Notes: generated from the sequence alone by a model not told the origin. Numbered from the stretch's first letter, positions 17,090-26,036 are shown. The stretch: 32,000 nt of DNA from Geotalea uraniireducens Rf4 (GCF_000016745.1 NC_009483.1:570001-602000); one strand, 5' to 3'. Made by a program: numbers and translations.

Positions 17090-18334
17090 ATGCTGCACTG
17101 CAATGATTCAGTAAATTTCAAGGTATTGCTGGCAATCCTCATTGTGTCGGCATGTCTGCGGCTATGGGGGGCTTTTGACATTACCGGCTATACGGGTGAT
17201 GAGTCGTTTCATGTGCCGTCCGCCATCAGCTTGGGACAGTATGGCACTCCCCTTTCATCCAACTGGACGCATCCTCCAGCCGGGGCGCTGATTCTGCTCG
17301 GGACGATTACACTCTTTGGCGATAACCCGGTGGGCTGGAGGATTGGCGGCATTGTCTTTGGTACCGTATCAGTGGGACTACTGTATCTGGTTGCTTTCCG
17401 GTTGTACCGCAATGAAATGGCTGCGCTGCTGGCGGCGACGCTGTTGGCGATGGATCCGTTTCATATCTATTTTTCCCGGACGACCTTTATGGAAATCCCG
17501 GTGCTCTGCTTCTTTCTCATGTTTCTCTATTTCATGCTGGAGTACGCAGAAGATGGGAGCAGGTGGTCGCTCCCATTGGCCGGGGTTGCGCTGGGGCTGA
17601 CGGCGGCGACGAAGAGTTATTTTGTCTGCAGCATGCTGTTGGTGATTGGCTATGCCTGGTGGAAAAAGTGGCAGCAAAAGGACGGCCAAGCCACCCATGT
17701 TTTAGATTTTCTCTGCTATTTGCTCTGTCTGCCCGTTGCCATCTATCTTCTTTCCTATTACCACTGGTTCGGCAGGGGATTCACTCTGCAGGAGTTTTTC
17801 CAGATGCGGGGGGATGCGCTGTGGACGTTACGCAATATCACCATTGATTCGTTCGAAAACAAATGGTTCCTGGAGGTGGGGGGGCAGCCGTGGGAGTGGT
17901 TCGTAAAGCCGATAGTGTTTGGTTATCAGTTTGAAACCAACCGCTATCTGCTGGAGATCAATAATTTCCCCATACGGCTGTTTTCGTTGTTCTCGCTGAT
18001 TGCGCTCACTGTCCACGGCTGGCGGAGGCGACTAGCTCCACTCCTTGTGCCGCCGATATTGTTCGCGAGCGTCTACCTGCTCTTCCTCCTGTTGAATCGC
18101 CCCATGTCGAGCAGCTCTGCGCTGGTCGTGCTCCCTTTTGCATATCTTGCCCTGGCCCGGGCGGTTGTGTTGCTGGAGGAACAGTATTGCAGGGCGTGCA
18201 GATTGAGTCTCATCGCTCTCGTATTGATTGTGTTCTGGGAGGCTTACCTCTATCCCCTGGCGACGGGAAGAGTTGTTTCCGACTTTTTATATTCACCGAT
18301 ACTCTCTAGTACAAAAATAATGCGGATGCAGTGA
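17090..18334 (+). CDS. GT-C fold polytopic glycosyltransferase, PMT/GT39-like (polyprenyl-phosphate-sugar dependent)
   Basis: AAGGAGA lies 7 nt before ATG 17090. The protein has many hydrophobic segments. The first-loop motif YTGDESFHVPSA resembles the Asp-Glu motif of protein O-mannosyltransferases, and WTHPPAG resembles their HPPLxK motif. Confidence 0.7.
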   Translation: MLHCNDSVNFKVLLAILIVSACLRLWGAFDITGYTGDESFHVPSAISLGQYGTPLSSNWTHPPAGALILLGTITLFGDNPVGWRIGGIVFGTVSVGLLYLVAFRLYRNEMAALLAATLLAMDPFHIYFSRTTFMEIPVLCFFLMFLYFMLEYAEDGSRWSLPLAGVALGLTAATKSYFVCSMLLVIGYAWWKKWQQKDGQATHVLDFLCYLLCLPVAIYLLSYYHWFGRGFTLQEFFQMRGDALWTLRNITIDSFENKWFLEVGGQPWEWFVKPIVFGYQFETNRYLLEINNFPIRLFSLFSLIALTVHGWRRRLAPLLVPPILFASVYLLFLLLNRPMSSSSALVVLPFAYLALARAVVLLEEQYCRACRLSLIALVLIVFWEAYLYPLATGRVVSDFLYSPILSSTKIMRMQ

Positions 18335-18939
18335 TGAGCCCACGAATTTACACGATTGGCTGTATGATAGTGCTGTTAGCCGGTATTCTTGTTCTTACTT
18401 TGGGATATGGTCCCTTAACTCGGGTGTTTGTTTCGCCGCCACGCTGTGAGGTTGCGGGTTCCTCTGCGGATATCTTTCGGTTTTGGAAGTCCATTGGGGT
18501 AAAAGGACGGGTTGCAGTTGTGTTTACCCGCCGGCTGAATGGTGAGGTGGTAGGCAAAGAAGTAGAATCATCGGTCAAGTATGTTGAGGCTGCCCTGCAG
18601 CAAGGAATGGTGCGGACAGTGTACCATGTCGTGCCTGATGGGGCATGGAGCGAGGTATCGGAGAAACTCTCGCGGATGCCGGGGGTAAGGCCAATTGAGT
18701 CGGGCTTTGCCATCCTGTTCGGCGCCGGGAGGGTGCATGTGCTCCCCTTGTCACACTTCACGCCGATCCAGGAAAAGGCGCTCGTGGTGGTTGCACCAGC
18801 TGAATGGACGATAGATGAATATGGAGTGATTGTCAATTTGATAAAACAGCAGCGGGTTCCAGCGGATCTGCTGGCGGTGCTGCGGGGCTCTGATGCCGAG
18901 GTGGCCAGATTGTGTGAGGCGCTGGCAGTATCCCGATAG
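18334..18939 (+). CDS. hypothetical single-pass membrane protein, translationally coupled to the PMT-like gene
   Basis: The start (GTG 18331 or ATG 18334) overlaps the upstream TGA stop (GTGATG). The product has an N-terminal TM helix (IYTIGCMIVLLAGILVLTLGY) followed by a ~170-aa soluble domain in which I recognise no motif. Confidence 0.6.
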   Translation: MSPRIYTIGCMIVLLAGILVLTLGYGPLTRVFVSPPRCEVAGSSADIFRFWKSIGVKGRVAVVFTRRLNGEVVGKEVESSVKYVEAALQQGMVRTVYHVVPDGAWSEVSEKLSRMPGVRPIESGFAILFGAGRVHVLPLSHFTPIQEKALVVVAPAEWTIDEYGVIVNLIKQQRVPADLLAVLRGSDAEVARLCEALAVSR

Positions 18940-18987
18940 TGAACGTTCCCAATGTCTCGACGTTTTTCTGATAGGGGAACGGGGCCG

Positions 18988-20403
18988 TTATGATCGTTTT
19001 TTATCATTACCGGCCAGAATTCCGACCGCGCCACTGAAGAGCCGCCTGAACTCACCAAACGAGCGCAGTTTCTTGAATCGATCCCAGATGATCCGCGGTC
19101 TGAAGAAAAACCTCCTATAGGCTGTGACAGCGTATTCCGAGGCTTCTGCACGCGTAACGCCGGTATCGATGAACTCGATCAACTCATCCTTTGATTCGTC
19201 CAGGGTATACTCCGCCCAGTAATCGCCGAAACCGCGCTTCCAGTAATATTCATATATTTCGGTTTCAGGTTGCGGTAGAAGGATGGAGAAGAGCGCATAA
19301 TCAAGCGGAAGCTTGAGGGCAAAATTAATGGTATCCTCAATGGTCTCGCGGTTTTCACCGGGAAAGCCGAACAGGAAGAAACCAAGCGCCTTGATGCCGC
19401 TTTGGTGGGTGTACTGCACTTTCTCCATGACAAGTTCCGGCGTTATGCCCTTGTTCATCCGTTTGAGAATTTCCGGGTTGCTCGATTCTATGCCATACAT
19501 GATGGTGTGGCATCCAGCGGCCTTCAGGCTGTCGATCATATCCCTGGTAATGACATCCACCCGGCTTCTTACGGTGAACCCGACCTTTAGCTTCCTGCGG
19601 TGAATCTCTTCGCAGATGGCAATGACCCGCTTACGGTCCGCGGTAAAGGTGGAGTCATAGATATCAAAGTCCCGAATGCCGAATTGCTTGAGGTTCATTT
19701 CGATTTCATCAACAACGTTCTGGACTGACCTGGTGCGGTACTTCTGGTGATTATGGTTGCAGAAAGCGCAGTTGAAGGGGCAGCCGCGGGACGACACAAA
19801 GGCGGTGAAATTCTTCCTGCGGGTGAGTATGTTCTCGTAGAGTTCATTTCTTATCAGATGCCGGGCGGGGAACGGTACAGTATCCAGGTCTTCGACGAAC
19901 TGCAGCGTGCGGTCAATGATGACCTCCCCATCTTTTCTGTATCCCAGCGACTTGATTCCTTCATACGGCCGCTTTTCACGAAAAGCCCGGATGAACTCGG
20001 GGAGTGGAAGCTCTGCTTCCCCGATGATGCAGAAGTCGATTTCATTGTGCGACATGGTTTCGAACGGATATATCCTGACGTGCTCCCCGCCGACCATAAC
20101 AGGGATACCAGTATCCTGCTTCAGTTTTCTTATCCATTCCAGGGTCGCGTGAAAACTCAACGTGGTAATCGTGAAGCCAAGCAAGTCAGGTGAAAACCGC
20201 CTGATACGCTCGAGTGCCGCTTCATGGCTGAGCCTTTCGGCCTCCATGTCGATGAGATCGACTTCAACCCCTTCTTTCTCCATGATTGCGGCGACAACCA
20301 GCAGGCTGACGGGCGGAATAAAGCCTAAGCGTTCATCCCTGAAGGCTACCGGCTTGTAGTGGGGGTTGATCCTGTTGGGTGTAAATATGAGGCTGACTTT
20401 CAT
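18988..20403 (-). CDS. class-B radical SAM enzyme (N-terminal cobalamin-binding-type domain + radical SAM core)
   Basis: GGAG lies 7 nt before ATG 20403. The N-terminal Rossmann-like domain (MKVSLIFTP..VSLLVVAAIMEKEGVEVDLIDME..IPVMVGGEH) is followed by SSRGCPFNCAFC (CX3CX2C). It is the last gene of the minus-strand operon. Confidence 0.85.
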   Translation of the reverse strand: MKVSLIFTPNRINPHYKPVAFRDERLGFIPPVSLLVVAAIMEKEGVEVDLIDMEAERLSHEAALERIRRFSPDLLGFTITTLSFHATLEWIRKLKQDTGIPVMVGGEHVRIYPFETMSHNEIDFCIIGEAELPLPEFIRAFREKRPYEGIKSLGYRKDGEVIIDRTLQFVEDLDTVPFPARHLIRNELYENILTRRKNFTAFVSSRGCPFNCAFCNHNHQKYRTRSVQNVVDEIEMNLKQFGIRDFDIYDSTFTADRKRVIAICEEIHRRKLKVGFTVRSRVDVITRDMIDSLKAAGCHTIMYGIESSNPEILKRMNKGITPELVMEKVQYTHQSGIKALGFFLFGFPGENRETIEDTINFALKLPLDYALFSILLPQPETEIYEYYWKRGFGDYWAEYTLDESKDELIEFIDTGVTRAEASEYAVTAYRRFFFRPRIIWDRFKKLRSFGEFRRLFSGAVGILAGNDKKRS

Positions 20404-20454
20404 TGGTGCTCCACTGGCGACTCAGTTCAAAATCTGTATTGATTGGCAAACATA

Positions 20455-21558
20455 CTACATGCGCCTGCGCAGGTCAAAGAGTAGATTCAACTCAGTCTGG
20501 CAGTTGAGGTAGCAGTCGTGGCATTGTGAGGTGATTTCTCTCTGCCGCTGGTAGTCTGGAGAATGCCACAATTCTCCAAGGGTTATGCTCCTGATGTTTC
20601 CGGTTGTCTTTCCCCAGTTGATCCAGGGTACGCAGGGAAATACGTTCCCATAACAGTCAACCGCCAGGGAGTTGTATCCGGCACTGCATCTGACAGGCGA
20701 GGGATGTCCGGCAAACGAGTCGCGGAACAGCCGCAGGTGTGCCGGCGAGTTCTCGATTGCAACGCTGAAGAGCTGTTTTCCCTGCAAATATTCAACGAGT
20801 CTGTCAACTTTGGCAAGCAGTTCAGGTTCAGTCCCGGTCTCCTGCGGTATTGCGGCAAACGGCTGCCGGGGAATGAGTTCGATGCAGTCGGTGCCGAGTG
20901 TGCGGGCAAGGGCAAGCATCTGCGGCACCTCGTCGATGTTGGTCTCGTCGATGACCGCAACGGTTTTTATCCTGACATGGCTGCCGTGTTTCTGTTTGAG
21001 GTTAACGAGTCTTTTAACTGCGCGCACCGCTCTGTCAAATGATCCTTGAGTACGTCTGATCCGGTCGTGGGTGGCTGCGACCGCGCCATCAAGTGATACG
21101 TTGACCGAATCCACGCCGATGTCGATGATTCTCTGCGCCTGATCATCACCCAGCAGCCAACCGTTGGTGTTCAGGTGGGCGATCATGCCGAGCCTCCTGG
21201 TTTCAGTCAGAAGGTCGAAGATGTCGTCCCGCAGCAGAGGCTCCCCTCCCGTAAAGCCGATCCCCGGCACCCCCAGTTCGGCAAACTCATTGATGATCCC
21301 CAAAAAACGGGCGGTATCGAATTCGGTCATGCCGCTTCGGGCCTGCGCAGATGCTTGCAAAGGCATGTCGCACATGGCGCAGTGAAAGTTGCAGCGGTAG
21401 GTGACCATCAGCGTGCCGAGGGCCGGGCCGCACAGGGGGCGATGGAGCGCACCGGAAAGCTGCAACAGGAGATACTGGCGGCATCGCTTGAGCAGCCAGC
21501 CCGGGCCGCTCTCGCGGAGCTTGCGCAGGATCAGATCGCTATAGACCTTTCTGATCAT
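20455..21558 (-). CDS. radical SAM enzyme with SPASM/twitch-like C-terminal Cys-rich domain (paralog C)
   Basis: It carries YRCNFHCAMC (CX3CX2C) and FTGGEPLL. The C-terminus has CSAGYNSLAVDCYGNVFPC (CX12GX4C) and CHDCYLNC (CX2CX3C). Its start overlaps the upstream stop as ATGA (21555-21558). Confidence 0.85.
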   Translation of the reverse strand: MIRKVYSDLILRKLRESGPGWLLKRCRQYLLLQLSGALHRPLCGPALGTLMVTYRCNFHCAMCDMPLQASAQARSGMTEFDTARFLGIINEFAELGVPGIGFTGGEPLLRDDIFDLLTETRRLGMIAHLNTNGWLLGDDQAQRIIDIGVDSVNVSLDGAVAATHDRIRRTQGSFDRAVRAVKRLVNLKQKHGSHVRIKTVAVIDETNIDEVPQMLALARTLGTDCIELIPRQPFAAIPQETGTEPELLAKVDRLVEYLQGKQLFSVAIENSPAHLRLFRDSFAGHPSPVRCSAGYNSLAVDCYGNVFPCVPWINWGKTTGNIRSITLGELWHSPDYQRQREITSQCHDCYLNCQTELNLLFDLRRRM

Positions 21559-22622
21559 CGATTTTTTCCTTTCAGCTGAAGCAGATTCGCCAGGATGGTC
21601 TGATATGCCTCGCAGGGGGTCCAGCAGCCGGGGCAGGCGTCATCATGGACTTGCTTCCTCGTGTGCAAACGGATCGGGGAGCGCCAGATGCGGTAGAGGT
21701 CCATATCGTTCTCACTGAGCGACCCCAGCAGGGAGGCAAAACCGGAACAGGGGAAGACATTGCCTGTCGGGTCGATGAAGCATGAAGCGGCGGCTGCCTG
21801 GCAGGTGAGGGGCACCGTGCCGTCCTTGAGGTATATTCGTGCCAGTTGCTGATAACGCCGTTCGATAAAGGCAATCGGGCTGAATGGTTTGTGCCGACGC
21901 TGCGTGTTGATACGGACGAGCAGCCGGGATGCTTCGGCAGGTTCGGGTGTGCCATCAAACGTGTTGTTGCCGTAGTAGAGCCCGGACACATGGGCAAGGT
22001 TGATATGGAGGTCGTCAGCGGACAATGCTCCCAGCTCTTCACGGCAGGCGGCAAATGTCTTGTCGAATTCACCCAGGTTGGCCACCTGCAGGGTGTGCCC
22101 GAGAAAAACCGAAAAACGCCGGGATCGCCGTTCCCGTAACTGCCGGAAGGTGCCCAACGCCCGATCCCAGCAGCCGGGCAGGTTGCGGATGCGGTCATGA
22201 AGCTCGCGTGGACCATCAAGGCTCACTGAGACGATCAGGCGGGGGAGAGCGGTCTGTTTCAGTATGGCATCGACGGCTGCAACGATCTCTTCGGTCTGAA
22301 AACCGTTGGTGGGAAAATTGAGCAGGTACAGGTCGCGGCTCCTCTGGATGACCGTGAGGAAGATGTCGCTGATATCGGGGCGCTGGAACAGCTCGCCACC
22401 GGTCAGGTTGATCCAGGAGAAGCGGTTGGCCCGGGTGAAAAGGGCATCTATCTCTGCCAGCGTCAGTTCGTTCTCCGCAGGTTTTCTCCAGATATCGCAC
22501 ATTGTGCAGCGGGCCTGGCAGCGGTTTGTTACCGCGTAGGTCAGGCGGTAAGGACGGGGAAGTTCGCGCAGATTACTATGAGTTATTCGATACGCTAGTC
22601 GTGCAATCCGCTGCATGCTCAT
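21555..22622 (-). CDS. radical SAM enzyme with SPASM/twitch-like C-terminal Cys-rich domain (paralog B)
   Basis: It carries TNRCQARCTMC (CX3CX2C) and LTGGELF. The C-terminus has CQAAAASCFIDPTGNVFPC (CX12GX4C) and CPGCWTPC (CX2CX3C). ATG 22622 forms an ATGA overlap with the GT9 stop, whereas the longer ORF start at 22673 would overlap GT9 by 55 nt. Confidence 0.85.
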   Translation of the reverse strand: MSMQRIARLAYRITHSNLRELPRPYRLTYAVTNRCQARCTMCDIWRKPAENELTLAEIDALFTRANRFSWINLTGGELFQRPDISDIFLTVIQRSRDLYLLNFPTNGFQTEEIVAAVDAILKQTALPRLIVSVSLDGPRELHDRIRNLPGCWDRALGTFRQLRERRSRRFSVFLGHTLQVANLGEFDKTFAACREELGALSADDLHINLAHVSGLYYGNNTFDGTPEPAEASRLLVRINTQRRHKPFSPIAFIERRYQQLARIYLKDGTVPLTCQAAAASCFIDPTGNVFPCSGFASLLGSLSENDMDLYRIWRSPIRLHTRKQVHDDACPGCWTPCEAYQTILANLLQLKGKNR

Positions 22623-23839
22623 GCGTCTGATCCTCCCAGCTTTGTCAGACGAAAGGGGGCTTGCGGAGCGCAATAGGCACCCTCAATTGCCGCAAATGTG
22701 TCTTCGACAGTAAGTGCCAGCATACAGGCGCCACGCCCATCGGGATGCCGGCAGGTGTTGATCTTGGCGTTAAAGTTGGTGATGCAGGGACTGCAGTCGT
22801 ACCCAGCGAAGAGCGCCAGACCATTCCTGCCCCATGGGCCGTACAGATGGGGTGAGTTGGGGCCGTACAGGCCGACCACCGGGGTGTTGACCGCAGATGC
22901 GAGATGGACGGCGGCCGTATCTGCCGATATCACCAGATCTGACACAGTTATAAGCGCAAAATAGTCGGTAAAAGACATTTGCCCCCCGAGATCGATGACC
23001 CGCTCAGGTTTTTTCAGCCTTTGCCAAGTTTCACGGGTCAGGAATGCTTCCTCCGGCAGGCCGGTCAGGATGACCCGTATGCCGCACTGTCCGGTCAGGA
23101 GGTCGGCAAGTGCAGCATACCGTTCCGGTGGCCAACGACGTTCCCGGAAGTTATCACTGGTGCCGATATGCATTATTACAACCGGTTCTTCAGGTGAAAT
23201 ACCGAGTTCGACCAGAAAGCGCCGCCCTGTATCGCGCAGCATTTTCAGGGGGCCAAGCTGAACTTCGGGTGAAAAGAGGGTGGCGACGCCGGCTCCCATG
23301 GCAAGAGCGTAGAACGAGCGGGTGATGTGGATATCGTTGTCATAGGCGATGGTGCGGGTGTAGAGGTGGTGGCGGTGCTGTCCACGGGTTTCAAAACCGA
23401 TGGTTTGTCCAGCACTGATCTGATGAGTCAGCAGGGCGGAAAAACGGGCGAACTGCTCGAAGTCAACAATCAGGTCGTAGCGGTTGTGGCGAAGAAGCGT
23501 CGCTGCAAGTCGCCAGGTACGGAGGAAGAGATCGGGGCTGCGGGTGTCAAGAGTGACTATGTCGTCAACGGCGCCGGTCATGGCCAGGGCTTCACGATTG
23601 TTTTCAAGTGTCAGAAAGTCAATGGTCGCGCCCGGCCAAGTCGATCGAATTGCCTGAATTGTGGGGAGCAGCATGAACAGGTTGCCGATGCCCCAGAATT
23701 TTATCAGCAGGATCCGCCTGGCAGTAGAATTATTCAGGCTAAACGGTTCACGATGCCGGAACAGTGCGAGATTTCGAAAGCACCAGATCAGTGGAATTCC
23801 GATACAGGCGTCTATGATGCGGATCAGTTTCCAGTTCAT
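22619..23839 (-). CDS. glycosyltransferase family 9 (ADP-heptose:acceptor heptosyltransferase-like)
   Basis: ILLIKFWGIGNLFMLLP, RRWPPERYAALADLL and ISADTAAVHLASAVNTPVVGLYGP resemble the conserved GT9 N- and C-domain motifs. A C-terminal Cys349-X2-Cys352-X10-Cys363-X8-Cys372 cluster is present. The start forms an ATGA overlap with the GT2 stop (23836-23839). Confidence 0.8.
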   Translation of the reverse strand: MNWKLIRIIDACIGIPLIWCFRNLALFRHREPFSLNNSTARRILLIKFWGIGNLFMLLPTIQAIRSTWPGATIDFLTLENNREALAMTGAVDDIVTLDTRSPDLFLRTWRLAATLLRHNRYDLIVDFEQFARFSALLTHQISAGQTIGFETRGQHRHHLYTRTIAYDNDIHITRSFYALAMGAGVATLFSPEVQLGPLKMLRDTGRRFLVELGISPEEPVVIMHIGTSDNFRERRWPPERYAALADLLTGQCGIRVILTGLPEEAFLTRETWQRLKKPERVIDLGGQMSFTDYFALITVSDLVISADTAAVHLASAVNTPVVGLYGPNSPHLYGPWGRNGLALFAGYDCSPCITNFNAKINTCRHPDGRGACMLALTVEDTFAAIEGAYCAPQAPFRLTKLGGSDA

Positions 23840-24891
23840 GATGGCGGCTCACCAGCAGGGCCTTTTTGTTGTCTGACAACAAGCGGGATGACTCCTGCCG
23901 GACGGTTTGAGTAGAAGCGTTTTAAGTTCGGCTCAATTCCCACAAGAGCGAGGATTTGGCCGATGGTTGTCCCCAGGTAGCAGAGCAGTATGGCTGCCAG
24001 TGTGAGCGGTATTTCCCGTATTGATATACAGGCTTGTGCCGCCATAACAGCAGCGACTGCAAGGTTGATAAAAGCAAATATCATGGACGCTAACATACTT
24101 CCGGCGCTGCACATTTCGTACACGAAAAGGGCAAGAAACAGCCCCAGCCAGCCTAGAGGCAGGTACAGTGCCACGTTGAAGCGGTTGAACTGTCGCTTGC
24201 CGATGGCGACCGAACCATGGCCGTAAGTGATCCGCTGTAGCAAAAAGGGTATCCACAAGGAACGGTTGTGGTGATATACGATAACGTCCCGATGAAAATA
24301 GATCCGCTTTCCGGTTTCCCGGATACGGTCACATAGGTTGCGGTCTTCGCCGGTGAAAAGTGTTTCGTCAAAGCCTCCCAGAGTATCGAAGGCATGTCGG
24401 GACAGTATCAGGTTGCATGAGTGCAGACTGGAGCAATCTCGGCTCGCGGAGAGCTTTTTTGCGAAATGGAGCGGACCGGATACCAGGAATGTCTGCTGTG
24501 CATTCCCGACGACCCTCTGCAGCAGCGGTTCATCCGGTGGGGTGATATTGGGGCCACCAACGGCCCAGACGTCAGGGTGGTTGGCAAGGTATGCAACCCC
24601 GTTTTTCAGCCAGTTAACGTCGGGGTAGGCGTCGGAATCAATAAGGGCAAAATAGTCTGCACCGCTGAAATGGCGAATGGCGATGTTCCGTTTAGCAGCA
24701 ATGGTGAGGTCGCCGGTGACAATGATGGAAATGTTGTCGTGTAGAAACTCCGGCGGGAGAGAAACGGGCTGGTCTGGCAGCAAAATGATGTGAAATTGGG
24801 GATAGTCGAGTGCTTGGCACTCTTTAAGGCATTGGAGCAGATATTCGTTCATTGAGACGAACGGTATGACAATAACGCAACTCCCGTTCAT
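23836..24891 (-). CDS. glycosyltransferase family 2 with C-terminal transmembrane helices
   Basis: It has a GT-A start (CVIVIPFVSMNEY), an IDSDAY (DxD-type) motif, FTGEDRNLCDRI, a QxxRW-like LLQRITYG and 3-4 C-terminal hydrophobic helices. ATG 24891 forms an ATGA overlap with the upstream stop, whereas the longer ORF to 24969 would overlap by 82 nt. Confidence 0.8.
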   Translation of the reverse strand: MNGSCVIVIPFVSMNEYLLQCLKECQALDYPQFHIILLPDQPVSLPPEFLHDNISIIVTGDLTIAAKRNIAIRHFSGADYFALIDSDAYPDVNWLKNGVAYLANHPDVWAVGGPNITPPDEPLLQRVVGNAQQTFLVSGPLHFAKKLSASRDCSSLHSCNLILSRHAFDTLGGFDETLFTGEDRNLCDRIRETGKRIYFHRDVIVYHHNRSLWIPFLLQRITYGHGSVAIGKRQFNRFNVALYLPLGWLGLFLALFVYEMCSAGSMLASMIFAFINLAVAAVMAAQACISIREIPLTLAAILLCYLGTTIGQILALVGIEPNLKRFYSNRPAGVIPLVVRQQKGPAGEPPS

Positions 24892-26036
24892 GCTAGCTCT
24901 TTCAACGTGTTGAGTGCCAGGCTGGGCCAGTATGAAGGTGTTGTCAGGATGTTGACCGTCCAGGCGCATTCAAAGGTGCAGTGACATTTTGTTTTACTTA
25001 TTTCGTGTCGTGCATTTTGGGCACGCTGGCTATTCAAAAGTTTCAGGAAGTTCATTTCGTAGTCTCGCAGGTTTCCCAGCGGCATCCTCTCTGTTAACAG
25101 TTCGCACGGTGCTACGGTGCCGTCAGCAGTGATAGTCACGAAGAGAGAGCCTGCCTTGCATGGCGATATGAAGCGTGGATTGAGGCATGAGTCATGCAAA
25201 ATGCGATGGGATATCCGCTTTTTTGCACGGTGTAAGGCACGGGTGAATTCTCCCGGTGCAGCAGAACCTGTTTCTTCCGTCAGCCGGGTCAGTTCTCGGT
25301 ATGCAGACGCCAGTTTCTGTTTGTTCGCGATAGAGTTCTGAACACCTTCCTCGCGCAGCATGATCGGGGATACTGTGTTTATACCAGTCTGCTGCAGGCG
25401 GTGGTATATTTCGGTGATAGTGTCAGCGTTTTCCGGTGTGACAGTCAGTGCGATATCAGCATTGATACGCGGATCTTTGCATGCGGCGACAGCTCGGTAT
25501 GATTCAATGGCATGGGCATAGAGCCCCGCTAATTGCCTTCCGGAATCATGTTTCTGCTCGATGTTATCGATTGAGATCGAAATCGTAAGGCTGCATGGGG
25601 TGTCAAGGCGTGAATAGCGTTTGAGAAGCGTTCTGATCGCATCGGTAAACCAGCCGTTGGTGGTAATGACAATTGAACGGACAGGTGTGTGCTGAATATA
25701 GCAAGAAACGATGTCGAACAGGTCGTCCCGGAGGAATGGCTCACCGCCGGTCAGGTTGACATTGTAGAGAGTTTTACCCAAGTTCCGGGCGAGTCGTACG
25801 ATCTCGTCAAGCGCCAATTCATTCGCACGGTCTATTGGGGTACTGAAATCAATGAAGCAGTGTTTACACCGGGCATTGCATCTAGTCGTCACGAAGTGCA
25901 CAACGCTGAATGGTTCGTGACGTTGTATGAATCGATTATGGAGCAATGCTGTAATGTGGGGACGCATGAAGGTATATGTAATTCCGATTGAGTCGAGTAA
26001 AAAAATGCCGTTAATTTGATTTAGATATAGTATCAA
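24888..26036 (-). CDS. radical SAM enzyme with SPASM/twitch-like C-terminal Cys-rich domain (paralog A), first gene of operon
   Basis: It carries TTRCNARCKHC (CX3CX2C) and LTGGEPFL. The C-terminus has CKAGSLFVTITADGTVAPC (CX12GX4C) and CHCTFEC. The start is ambiguous between TTG 26036 and ATG 25967 (MRPHITALL..), and neither has a clear Shine-Dalgarno sequence. Confidence 0.8.
   Translation of the reverse strand: MILYLNQINGIFLLDSIGITYTFMRPHITALLHNRFIQRHEPFSVVHFVTTRCNARCKHCFIDFSTPIDRANELALDEIVRLARNLGKTLYNVNLTGGEPFLRDDLFDIVSCYIQHTPVRSIVITTNGWFTDAIRTLLKRYSRLDTPCSLTISISIDNIEQKHDSGRQLAGLYAHAIESYRAVAACKDPRINADIALTVTPENADTITEIYHRLQQTGINTVSPIMLREEGVQNSIANKQKLASAYRELTRLTEETGSAAPGEFTRALHRAKKRISHRILHDSCLNPRFISPCKAGSLFVTITADGTVAPCELLTERMPLGNLRDYEMNFLKLLNSQRAQNARHEISKTKCHCTFECAWTVNILTTPSYWPSLALNTLKELA

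Noticed and set aside
18348-19151. 267-aa minus-strand ORF spanning the convergent junction
   Set aside because: It overlaps both the 18334..18939 plus-strand gene and the 3' end of the B12 rSAM gene. Its Ser/Arg/Thr-rich composition is not protein-like.
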